The notes under the pieces: model-generated
What the model was told of the DNA's origin: nothing
Databases searched by the model: none
What the model saw: the letters and a program-made list of their open reading frames with translations, nothing else
Position numbers and translations under genes: made by a program
DNA from: an uncultured Candidatus Saccharibacteria bacterium
GTDB lineage: Bacteria > Patescibacteriota > Minisyncoccia > Phycocordibacterales > DSPV01
DNA: 64,000 bases
NCBI GenBank assembly: GCA_964616075.1
Contig: CAZTRA010000001.1
Span: 49,599 to 113,598, forward strand
Reading direction: 5' to 3'
In this document: positions 41,766 to 50,086 of the stretch, in pieces
Layout: each line of letters starts with the position of its first letter
Numbering within the stretch: the first letter of the stretch is position 1

Positions 41766-43040
41766 TCACCGTATACGGGCAATATCACGCGGAAAAAAAA
41801 GATTAATAGTCCACTCTGTAGCAACACGAAAACGCTTTCTCCAGGAAGGAAAATTAAACAAATACACTGTTCGCCAAAACCACCACGCACTTTTACCGTA
41901 AAAACGAATACCAAGTACATCCGCAGCAGCATTCCATTGACCTAATGAAAGTAACAATCCTTTAATTCGATACGAGAATGTCGGCAAAGTTTTACCAAAA
42001 TATATTGCCTCTATTGATGAAGCGACTACTTTTGCCTGACGTACTGCAACTTGTGCAAGACTAGGCAGCGGACGATCGTCATGCTGCCCTCCATAAGAAG
42101 CGGCAACGTCACCAATAGCGAAGATACGCTCAACACCTTGTACCCGTAAAGACTGGTCAACCCTAATACGACCATCTTTACTTTTTTGTATAGCACCAAG
42201 AATAGGAGGCAGTGCTGGTATGACTCCAGCACTCCATACAACAAGTGACGCCGGGAGCATATGTGTATCATCTAAAACTACCATATGGTCTTTTATAGAA
42301 GACACTGGTAATCCAAGCATGAGACGAATTCCTTTTTTCCGTAACACGTCCACAACATATTCACGCACAGTTGGATGAAACTGCGATACAACATCGACAC
42401 TACTACCCACAAGTGTTATTGAGACATCATCACTCTGTATACCCGCATCTTTAAAATAGGCACATAAGGCAATACGAGTAAAGTCAGCAATCTCTGCAAC
42501 CGTTTCAACACCAGTCGGGCCCGCGCCAACAACAACAAATGAAAGTGCTTTCTTTCGCTCATGTCGAGTCGGTAGAGCAACAGCTTTTTCAAATTGTTCG
42601 ATGAGCGCATTACGAATCGTGCGTGCATCGGCAAGACTTTTTAACATATGTACCCATGTCGCTGCATGAGCAACAAAAGAAGGTACGTACGTGCTCGCGC
42701 CTGTAGCTACGACGACATAATCGTACGAATACGTTCCACGTTCTCCGTATACCACACGATCATTTACACCAATCCGCACTACTTGATCCTCAACCACAGA
42801 TACTCCAGTGCCACGCAAAACTTCTCTCAATGGCTCAACAACACTCTCGGGAGATAAGCCGCCTGTCGCAACTTCATGTAAAAGTGGTGTAAACAAAAAA
42901 TGATTTTCTCTGCTAATGAGCGTAACAGTAACAAAGCCTCTCCGAATTAACGGCACGAGATACTTTGCTGTATATACACCACCAAACCCACCACCAACAA
43001 TAACAATACGAAGAGGTATCTTTGTATTACGTGTTCTCAC
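41766..43040 (-). CDS. ndh: type II NADH dehydrogenase
   Basis: GGGFGG, FTPLLHEVATG, GAGPTGVE, FAIGD, AQVAVRQA and a C-terminal amphipathic helix. Confidence 0.88.
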   Translation of the reverse strand: MRTRNTKIPLRIVIVGGGFGGVYTAKYLVPLIRRGFVTVTLISRENHFLFTPLLHEVATGGLSPESVVEPLREVLRGTGVSVVEDQVVRIGVNDRVVYGERGTYSYDYVVVATGASTYVPSFVAHAATWVHMLKSLADARTIRNALIEQFEKAVALPTRHERKKALSFVVVGAGPTGVETVAEIADFTRIALCAYFKDAGIQSDDVSITLVGSSVDVVSQFHPTVREYVVDVLRKKGIRLMLGLPVSSIKDHMVVLDDTHMLPASLVVWSAGVIPALPPILGAIQKSKDGRIRVDQSLRVQGVERIFAIGDVAASYGGQHDDRPLPSLAQVAVRQAKVVASSIEAIYFGKTLPTFSYRIKGLLLSLGQWNAAADVLGIRFYGKSAWWFWRTVYLFNFPSWRKRFRVATEWTINLFFPRDIARIR

Positions 43041-43148
43041 GCCATATACTTTACTATATAAAACAATTAGATACTACAAGCACAAAAATCCATTCGCGTA
43101 ATAATTCTATAAGACGTAAACCCACTATCCCTTACAACACATCGCACA

Positions 43149-44525
43149 TCAACGACGAGCAGGATCAAACAATGACGATGGTACGACCTCGCCTTTCAAA
43201 TACTGCGAAATACGTAACGCTCCAAAAATTGAGGGCAGTATCCCTACCCCGTTACATCCAAGATTGTACAAGAGTGCTGAATTGAGCGGTTCAGGTCCGA
43301 TGCGACGTATACCATCCGACGTGTACCCCATAAGTCCGTGCCACGAAAAAATATGATCGGCACCCTCACGTGGATATGTACGATAGTTATCCTGTAAAAA
43401 TCGTGTAATCGCGATACGCGTGTCTTCTGCATAGACTGCATCCTGAGAATAATCAGCACCGTTTGGAAGCACACGCTCAGGACCACCCACACATGTCAGA
43501 TTGTAAGAATTGTTTCCTTCATGCTCGTGCGGTCGACGAGTCAAATAAAAATAACTTTCACCAGTCGGGTCATTATTTTCATTATGTGCCTTTGGAAGAT
43601 AACTAATAGCAGTTGGCGGGCGGTTCAACGGCTCAACATAACCAGACATATACCCAATACGTCCTGCGACTGACTGATGGAATGAAGTATCAATATCGGG
43701 TCCACCTTCATGCATAATCGAAAAGTGTTCAAACCCGTTTGTACACAACACAACTTTTGCCGCGCATACTTCATGACTAAGCACCTCAAGTACTGCCCCA
43801 TCTTTACACAAACGCACCGTCTTCATCGGACTTTCCTCAAAGAAAGAAAACCGATCAGCATACGTTGTAATTAAATACCCAATAAGTTCCTCTGAAAAAA
43901 GAGCACTATTCATACACCCCTTTTGAGAAGCAAGTGCTCCAACATAATCTACATTGTGTGTTTCAAGCAACGACAGAATATCTCGTTGTGGCGCAACCGT
44001 GTAAAGGGATGCATACCCATCAGGAATACTTTTGAGACCATCCCACTCTTCTGCAAGCACAATTGATTCAGGAAGAAGTCCCCCAGCAACACGATATCGG
44101 TTGTCCTCCAAGTGTTGCAACACATGTTCCATGCGAGAAAGACCAGCATAACCAGTAAACCGATACAAAGGTGTCTGCAAGTGAGCCTCTGCCACAATCT
44201 GATCAATCAATGACCATGCTGACTCAACCGATCGTTGTGCATCAATCGCGCGCTCCAAACCATACGTCGCAACAAGATCAGATAATGATCGCTCAAAATA
44301 ACTTGCAATCTGTCCAGCATTGTGACCAGTCGCCCCATGTGCAATTTTACCCGCTTCAATAAGTACAACCTTTTTATCAGTGTGCCGCAAAGTGAAAAAA
44401 GCAGTAGTCACGCCCGCAATGCCACCACCTACAATAGCGACGTCAGTAGTAACATCAGTAGCAAGTGGCACAACTGGCCGCGTTCTTTTAAGTTGTTTAA
44501 TCCAAGGGGAATTATTAGGAATCAT
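43149..44525 (-). CDS. FAD-dependent oxidoreductase (DAO/PuuB-like)
   Basis: DVAIVGGGIAG, GATGHNAG, W.GLMGYT.DG and GCNGVG. Confidence 0.85.
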   Translation of the reverse strand: MIPNNSPWIKQLKRTRPVVPLATDVTTDVAIVGGGIAGVTTAFFTLRHTDKKVVLIEAGKIAHGATGHNAGQIASYFERSLSDLVATYGLERAIDAQRSVESAWSLIDQIVAEAHLQTPLYRFTGYAGLSRMEHVLQHLEDNRYRVAGGLLPESIVLAEEWDGLKSIPDGYASLYTVAPQRDILSLLETHNVDYVGALASQKGCMNSALFSEELIGYLITTYADRFSFFEESPMKTVRLCKDGAVLEVLSHEVCAAKVVLCTNGFEHFSIMHEGGPDIDTSFHQSVAGRIGYMSGYVEPLNRPPTAISYLPKAHNENNDPTGESYFYLTRRPHEHEGNNSYNLTCVGGPERVLPNGADYSQDAVYAEDTRIAITRFLQDNYRTYPREGADHIFSWHGLMGYTSDGIRRIGPEPLNSALLYNLGCNGVGILPSIFGALRISQYLKGEVVPSSLFDPARR

Positions 44526-44616
44526 AGCTCATAAATATATTACTTCTCTAAATTGTACACGGTTCCTTTTATAGATAAAAGAAAACCACCTGAGGTCTCA
44601 CGCCCCAGGTGATATA

Positions 44617-44856
44617 TTAACGATTCTCAACAACAATGATAGTGCCACGGGGCCCGGGTACCATAACCCGTCCCAAAAATAACCCCGACAAGCGCAACCC
44701 GAGTATAATTGCTTTGTCACCATGAAATCCGTGATAACTCAAACTCCCTCTGATACCAGCTTCGGAGTAACATGTTTGAAGGATACGTTGGATTATATCG
44801 CGTGCTTCATCCTCACTCAGATCCAGAAAACGCTTAGGCAAGTTCCTACTATTCAT
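44617..44856 (-). CDS. orphan hypothetical protein
   Basis: TTGACA..TGcTATACT promoter, AAAGGA SD, and terminator hairpin at about 44582-44610. Confidence 0.55.
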   Translation of the reverse strand: MNSRNLPKRFLDLSEDEARDIIQRILQTCYSEAGIRGSLSYHGFHGDKAIILGLRLSGLFLGRVMVPGPRGTIIVVENR

Positions 44857-45065
44857 TATGATCCTTTCGTTATAATGAAAAACTATGTGAAGTATAGCAT
44901 ATAAATCAATATGTGTCAATTAGCATGAGACAGCTCATTTATTGACAACATAACTATGTCATTATTATAAGGTACCAAACTTTTACTCCACATATTCATC
45001 TGCTGCCACTTTTTATTAAAAAACCTCGTACCAGAGTACGAGGTGTGTAATAGAGGCACTTTGAC

Positions 45066-45746
45066 TTACATTACTGCGTAATAGAAGTCTTGTTGCCCAA
45101 GGGAGTCGGTCCAAATCACGTCTGGTTTATACCGTTCACCATCATGGTACATACCACGGACAACATCTCCGCCAGTGTTGTGTTTAAAGACGGTACCCTC
45201 GAAAAAAATATGAGGGGTATGACCCTCCATACGTTTCCATGAATCAGGGATGAGGTACGGATGAGCCAGCAGGTAGTCCAAAACCTGGGCCGGAAGAGGA
45301 CTGCTCGACTTCTTCTTATCTGTCGTCGGCACGCACCTGACAAGCCTACTGTTGATATATAGACCATCACCCTCGCGGTATATTATGCTCGAATGAGAGG
45401 AATACATACGAGAACTTTGAATAGCCCACCCTTCTGGCAAAAATGGATCTACCCCAAGATTGATATTGAACCGAACAGGCTCAATACGTCCGTATCCCCG
45501 CAACAAGCCCTTAAATTCCTTCAACCTGTCAACCGAAATCCCTGCTACCTCTGCCGAGCTAAAACCAGCATCAAAGAATGCATCAGCAAGATTTTCCGCT
45601 AATTGAAAAGCGAAGCTGCACTTGAAGCGGACTCGGTTAATATCCATGTCGGATGCTTGTGCTGTTGGTACGTCTTGTCTGTCCCCTTGTGCCTCTATAT
45701 TGCTCGGTATTTCATTGCTCGGTATTTCCAATGTATCAGTATTCAT
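45066..45746 (-). CDS. orphan protein resembling a second family of CPR DGR target proteins
   Basis: INL..DPFLPEGW, A.VLDYLLAHP.LIPDSWK and IFF.GT.......VR..Y..G. Own promoter, SD and terminator (45018-45044). Confidence 0.6.
   Translation of the reverse strand: MNTDTLEIPSNEIPSNIEAQGDRQDVPTAQASDMDINRVRFKCSFAFQLAENLADAFFDAGFSSAEVAGISVDRLKEFKGLLRGYGRIEPVRFNINLGVDPFLPEGWAIQSSRMYSSHSSIIYREGDGLYINSRLVRCVPTTDKKKSSSPLPAQVLDYLLAHPYLIPDSWKRMEGHTPHIFFEGTVFKHNTGGDVVRGMYHDGERYKPDVIWTDSLGQQDFYYAVM
45699..45728. repeat. perfect 15-nt in-frame tandem duplication
   Basis: ATTGCTCGGTATTTC twice, encoding EIPSN-EIPSN. Confidence 0.9.
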
Positions 45747-46033
45747 AACATTATTCTCCTTCTGTCTATTGATTGTGGATTCTTTCTTACACGAGTTGTG
45801 TACCGTTGGGCTCTAGTTTTGCCACAACAGAAAATTGTCTCGCAAGTAAACCGCTTTCTGCTGTGGCAAATGCACCTCAACATATCAAAGAACGTACAAA
45901 AACATATTACTATTCTAATACCGTTATGTCAATAGACAATCTACACCTCAGTATGGTCTTCTATTTCAAATTAAAAACCAATCAAGTTCTTTGTATAACT
46001 CTCCAACCTCTACCCCGCCCTCGTGAAAAAAAC

Positions 46034-46176
46034 GAACCAGTTTCAATTTGAATTGTTCAGAAGAGCTACTATTTTAAGGCATGAAACTACTTCCACCGAA
46101 CTCACATTCAGCCGTCAGGACAAACCCTGCGGACTTACCAAAAACTTCTTTACACTCAATCGCTTTAGGTGCTTTC
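46034..46176 (-). pseudogene. fragment of a VOC/PhnB-family gene
   Basis: Translates KAPKAIECKEVFGKSAGFVLTAECEFGGSSFMP*NSSSSEQFKL, colinear with RAPKAPEFKEVSGRPEGSVLTAECELDGSSFMALNGGPFEQFKL of 47544..48050. Confidence 0.85.
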
Positions 46177-46284
46177 TAGCCACCCAGAAACTCTCACAGA
46201 GAAATTTTTTTTAATTATTATTAAATAATGTAAACATAAAAAACGCACGAACCGATGGATTCGTGCGTGTGTGAGACGACATGT

Positions 46285-46932
46285 TCAGTTGGTGAATGAA
46301 GATATCTTTGTTGAATCGTTTTTACTAAAGCAATCTACTACACATTCTACAATAGCAAAAACTAGTGGCAACAAGGAAATGAGCACGGCCGTAACAATAC
46401 CGGCAGTTATTCCTATGCCGACTGCGCCAAAGAGCAATTCTATATAGAACTCTGTAAAAAACAAAGCATGGCTGACACCAAAAATCGTGCTGACTACCGC
46501 CCCAATCGTCACTCCCATTACTGTTGCGCTCGTACTTTCAAACAATATTCCAATAATTGTGGCGACAGCTGTCCCACAAAGTATCCCATACATCGGAACA
46601 TCTATGTTGGTAATCATTCCGACAAGTATTCCCATAAACCCCCCAAAAATGACCCCGAAGAGTAACCCTGTTCTCGCTTCCTTTGGATCTTGACAAACCA
46701 CCCCCCACAAATACCTAGTGGTAAATGCGGTAATGGGACCCAAGACAATCCACCCCTCGCTGCCAATAAATGGCACAGTGAATGAAGTAAACATTTTACC
46801 CCATCGAACCTGATATCCTCCAGGTGTTAGAGGAGGCACAGATGCAAAAAGAGAAAAAATCCCATAACAGACAAGGCTAACGAAAAACACCACTACTGCC
46901 CAGTCCAATGCTGACCGTCTAACTGATCTCAT
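46285..46932 (-). CDS. orphan Gly-rich multi-TM protein
   Basis: About 6 hydrophobic segments. TTGACA (about 47005), AAAGGA SD and terminator at 46237-46268. Confidence 0.65.
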   Translation of the reverse strand: MRSVRRSALDWAVVVFFVSLVCYGIFSLFASVPPLTPGGYQVRWGKMFTSFTVPFIGSEGWIVLGPITAFTTRYLWGVVCQDPKEARTGLLFGVIFGGFMGILVGMITNIDVPMYGILCGTAVATIIGILFESTSATVMGVTIGAVVSTIFGVSHALFFTEFYIELLFGAVGIGITAGIVTAVLISLLPLVFAIVECVVDCFSKNDSTKISSFTN

Positions 46933-47183
46933 AGATATCCTTTCATGTATTGAGGTACTAGAAAACTATACTCTAACAAAAATGTAATCATAATATAAAT
47001 ATCGTGTCAATGGCTTAATCAGTACACTATCAATTCTTTGTTCCCCTACCAGAGAAAATGAGGACTGTTTTGCTACCGTATAAAAGTGATTTTCTACCCA
47101 AATCTCGCTTTCTTGGTCTGTGGAGTATGGTATGTCAAAATCAGAGGGGATTTTTTATAAATATATTATGCAGACCTACAAGC

Positions 47184-47525
47184 TCATGGTCTACGCCAGT
47201 GTCTACTCAAGAGGTAGTACACTGCTGAGGCGAGGATTGTCCAATAGCACACAAGATACATACCAATAAATGGTGGAGGTGGCTCTTCTTTCAAGATATC
47301 AACAGAGGGTAGTGCCAGAGGGCCCAATAAAATAATTTTTATTGGCAAAACAATAATCGCAACAGCACGTTTCCAAGCAACTGGTGAGTCAATACCAAGA
47401 AGCGAATCGGGTGCTTTAGGAAAACCTCGAAACCCCGTCGATCCCAAGAGTGAACTTGTGACAAACAGAAACGCAAAACCATACGCAATAAATAGTATGA
47501 CAAACTTGTTCCTTGAGATGTGCAT
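47184..47525 (-). CDS. small membrane protein
   Basis: Three hydrophobic segments; downstream of the VOC gene. Confidence 0.6.
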   Translation of the reverse strand: MHISRNKFVILFIAYGFAFLFVTSSLLGSTGFRGFPKAPDSLLGIDSPVAWKRAVAIIVLPIKIILLGPLALPSVDILKEEPPPPFIGMYLVCYWTILASAVYYLLSRHWRRP

Positions 47526-47543
47526 CTTTCCTAGCGGTCCAGC

Positions 47544-48050
47544 CTATTGGCCGGCTTTTTTGATTTTTTCAAGATCAATTTTCTTCATTGGCATAAATGC
47601 CGTAGTGACTGCGTCTGCTTTTTGAGGATCTCGCATCATTTCATCCAGAATTCTTGGAACCACTTGCCACGTAACGCCAAATTTATCTTTGCACCATCCG
47701 CACTGTTCAGCTTCAGGCACCGCTGAAAGTTTCTCCCAGAAGAAATCAATTTCTTCTTGTGTTTCGCATTCAATGATAAACGAGGTAGACCCATTAAGTT
47801 TGAACTGCTCAAACGGGCCGCCGTTTAAAGCCATAAAGCTACTTCCATCGAGCTCACATTCAGCTGTCAGAACAGACCCCTCGGGCCTACCGGACACTTC
47901 TTTAAATTCAGGAGCTTTAGGCGCTCTCGTAATATCGCCAAGTGTCGCTTCATGATGACCAGGAGCTGATCTAAACGTATCTACATAATATCGTACTGCC
48001 TCTTCTCCATCATTATTAATAAACCAGATGCACGTAATTAATTTGCTCAT
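47544..48050 (-). CDS. VOC/PhnB-family protein (3-demethylubiquinone-9 methyltransferase-like)
   Basis: CIWF, FMALNGGP, QEEIDFFWEKLS, QCGWCKDKFGVTWQVVP and MKKID. Confidence 0.9.
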   Translation of the reverse strand: MSKLITCIWFINNDGEEAVRYYVDTFRSAPGHHEATLGDITRAPKAPEFKEVSGRPEGSVLTAECELDGSSFMALNGGPFEQFKLNGSTSFIIECETQEEIDFFWEKLSAVPEAEQCGWCKDKFGVTWQVVPRILDEMMRDPQKADAVTTAFMPMKKIDLEKIKKAGQ

Positions 48051-48188
48051 TCCTTTTATTATACAGCATTAACTGATACATAATCCGGTTAGATTCACTA
48101 CTATTTGGGAAATGCAAAAAACCTACTCGCTTTACAGCTTTCAGCCTTTCGAGATTTTTACAATTTTTCCAAACCTACTACTTCAGAA

Positions 48189-48830
48189 CTAATTTGTAAG
48201 TTTATTCCATATAAAATCAATATGAGGATTCTCTTTCCATAATTCTAAAATTTGATTTCTCAATTCTTGATGTTGAGGGTATCCAGTATCTTCAATACCT
48301 TCTGGTAATAAGTGATTACACTCTATATTAAGTAAAACAGTTAAAGCTTCTTTAATATCATTATATTTTTCTGGGCCAATTCTTTCTTGTTCATCTGCTC
48401 CAAACTTATACCAAGTATAGAAGTGCCACAATTCGTGCATGACTGTTTGCAATGCAGAGTTATTAGACAAGCAAACAAAAAATAAATTCTCTTTTAAGGA
48501 ATAAGGACATCTGTTATTGATTGTTAGATATACTGTAATATCTTCTAGTAGAGATACTCCAAAAACTTTCTCTGCAATATTTTGAAATTCATCCGAAATA
48601 TCTTCAAAATCTTTTTGATACTCTTTAATTCTTTTATTTATATCAATCTTGTTGTCTGCGATATATGTATCTATAAATTTAGAAGTAGACCTTTCATCAG
48701 GATTTTTTCCTGCAAAGTTAATTAGTTGTTCATATGCTTTTGTTGGATTGGGAGAGTTATTAGAGCTTTTACCTTTATTTAACAAACACCAAATATCCTC
48801 ATCTTTTTTGTAAGTAAAATTTAATTGCAT
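48189..48830 (-). CDS. AT-rich putative zinc metalloprotease
   Basis: HELWH (HExxH) plus a downstream EALT as possible third ligand. Confidence 0.65.
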   Translation of the reverse strand: MQLNFTYKKDEDIWCLLNKGKSSNNSPNPTKAYEQLINFAGKNPDERSTSKFIDTYIADNKIDINKRIKEYQKDFEDISDEFQNIAEKVFGVSLLEDITVYLTINNRCPYSLKENLFFVCLSNNSALQTVMHELWHFYTWYKFGADEQERIGPEKYNDIKEALTVLLNIECNHLLPEGIEDTGYPQHQELRNQILELWKENPHIDFIWNKLTN

Positions 48831-48888
48831 ATACAAATTTTATCAAGAAAAGAAAGATAAAAACACTTTACTTTGCCTTACTTTACAT

Positions 48889-48969
48889 TGGCTCCGCTTG
48901 TTGGATACGTTCAAAACTATTAACTGGGTGCGAGTGCAGATGGAATTGAGTGGGTTGAGTTTTATATAA
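48889..48969 (+). pseudogene. stranded C-terminal tail of the recombinase (attP-side reading frame)
   Basis: WLRLLDTFKTINWVRVQMELSGLSFI* starts in the same frame as WLR in the tRNA-proximal relic and is followed by a hairpin at 48973-48998. Confidence 0.6.
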
Positions 48970-49019
48970 AAGAAAACCCGCCTTCAGACGACGGGTTTCG
49001 TGTCTGGAAGCGGGTCAAA

Positions 49020-49439
49020 CTAATTCTTGATGGCACCGACCACTACTTGAGTTGCCCTTCTGATGGCATTGTAGGTAGCGTTGCGTTTGGCGGCATTGAT
49101 AAGCGACATACCAACCTTTGCGGGCAGGTACATGTCATGCCTAACCAACGTGGCGAGCCAGTGGACGGGGCCAACTGAAGTTCCACCATAGGAACAGCCG
49201 TCACGTATAACCGGCGTGTACTTTCCTTGGTCGTCTATTTCATCTTCAAGAACAACAAACGGATATGCTTTGTTCATGTCCTCCGGGCTCAAACATTGTT
49301 TCCCCTTGAGCTCCAGAATGTTATTCACTGCCTCCACCACCTCCGTTGCCCTGTGCCAACCCCAGGTGCTTTCTCTCGGGTAATCCGGGATGTAGAACCT
49401 GTAGATTGGAGGCATTACCATCTTAGACTGATGCGTCAT
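49020..49439 (-). CDS. orphan hypothetical protein
   Basis: 139 aa, AAGGAG SD, TTGACA at 49612-49617, long structured leader. Confidence 0.65.
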   Translation of the reverse strand: MTHQSKMVMPPIYRFYIPDYPRESTWGWHRATEVVEAVNNILELKGKQCLSPEDMNKAYPFVVLEDEIDDQGKYTPVIRDGCSYGGTSVGPVHWLATLVRHDMYLPAKVGMSLINAAKRNATYNAIRRATQVVVGAIKN

Positions 49440-49627
49440 TTTCTCTCCTTACCGCCTACGTGGCGATTGTGTAGGAAGTCCTGTTGTGCATAATGACTTG
49501 GCCACAGTGGTTTCGTCATAGCAGAGAAAAGCCAAGGGTTGGCTCCTCTCTGCCATGACGAATATATCAAGGTTCCAATCCGATATAATAATAACATACT
49601 ATAAGGTATGTTGTCAACTGCTAGCTC

Positions 49628-49705
49628 CGGTGGATTACTAAGGATGTTTATCACAAAAAGCATCACAAGAGTACCAAGACCAAATACAAACTACTGAAAA
49701 CAGAA
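49628..49705 (+). repeat. second copy of the recombinase relic 5' end
   Basis: 49628-49665 matches 57660-57697 at 37/38 nt; similarity continues to about 49705. Confidence 0.9.
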
Positions 49706-49748
49706 AACCGCCATCTCACGACAGTGGGTAACTGTGTTGAGATGGTGG

Positions 49749-49898
49749 TCAAGGATGGGTTGTAAGTATGATCCCACAAACGCCTCCAATCAAGGCAATC
49801 AGACCGAGAACGGTGTTGGTAATAGGGGTTTTTGATTTCACTGACCCTCCTACCATACAAGCTCCGATCAATATGCAAGCTAAGGCGACATATTTCAT
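49749..49898 (-). CDS. 49-aa two-TM small protein
   Basis: MKYVALACILIGACMVGGSVKSKTPITNTVLGLIALIGGVCGIILTTHP*, with terminator hairpin 49708-49748 right after the stop. Not in the ORF track. Confidence 0.55.
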   Translation of the reverse strand: MKYVALACILIGACMVGGSVKSKTPITNTVLGLIALIGGVCGIILTTHP

Positions 49899-50006
49899 TA
49901 GTATAATTTGGTGTATTGTTTTGGCACACCTGGGTTCCTCCTGAAACCACTAGCCGTGTAAAAGAACATGTTAACATACTAACACGCTATATATATTTAG
50001 TCAAAT

Positions 50007-50084
50007 TTGCTCCACATCGTGAACGAAGTTATAACCTATTTTAAGACCACGGATCAATACCATTACATCCCGAGTTTTAACTAA
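50007..50084 (+). pseudogene. second stranded recombinase tail
   Basis: Degenerate core TTGCTCCAC opens LLHIVNEVITYFKTTDQYHYIPSFN*, which ends 2 nt from the convergent PHP-ATPase stop. Confidence 0.5.
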
Positions 50085-50086
50085 AA

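Noticed and set aside
49663-49977. 104-aa ORF in the track
   Set aside because: It runs through a terminator and the recombinase relic; the 49-aa two-TM frame (49749..49898) fits the signals better.
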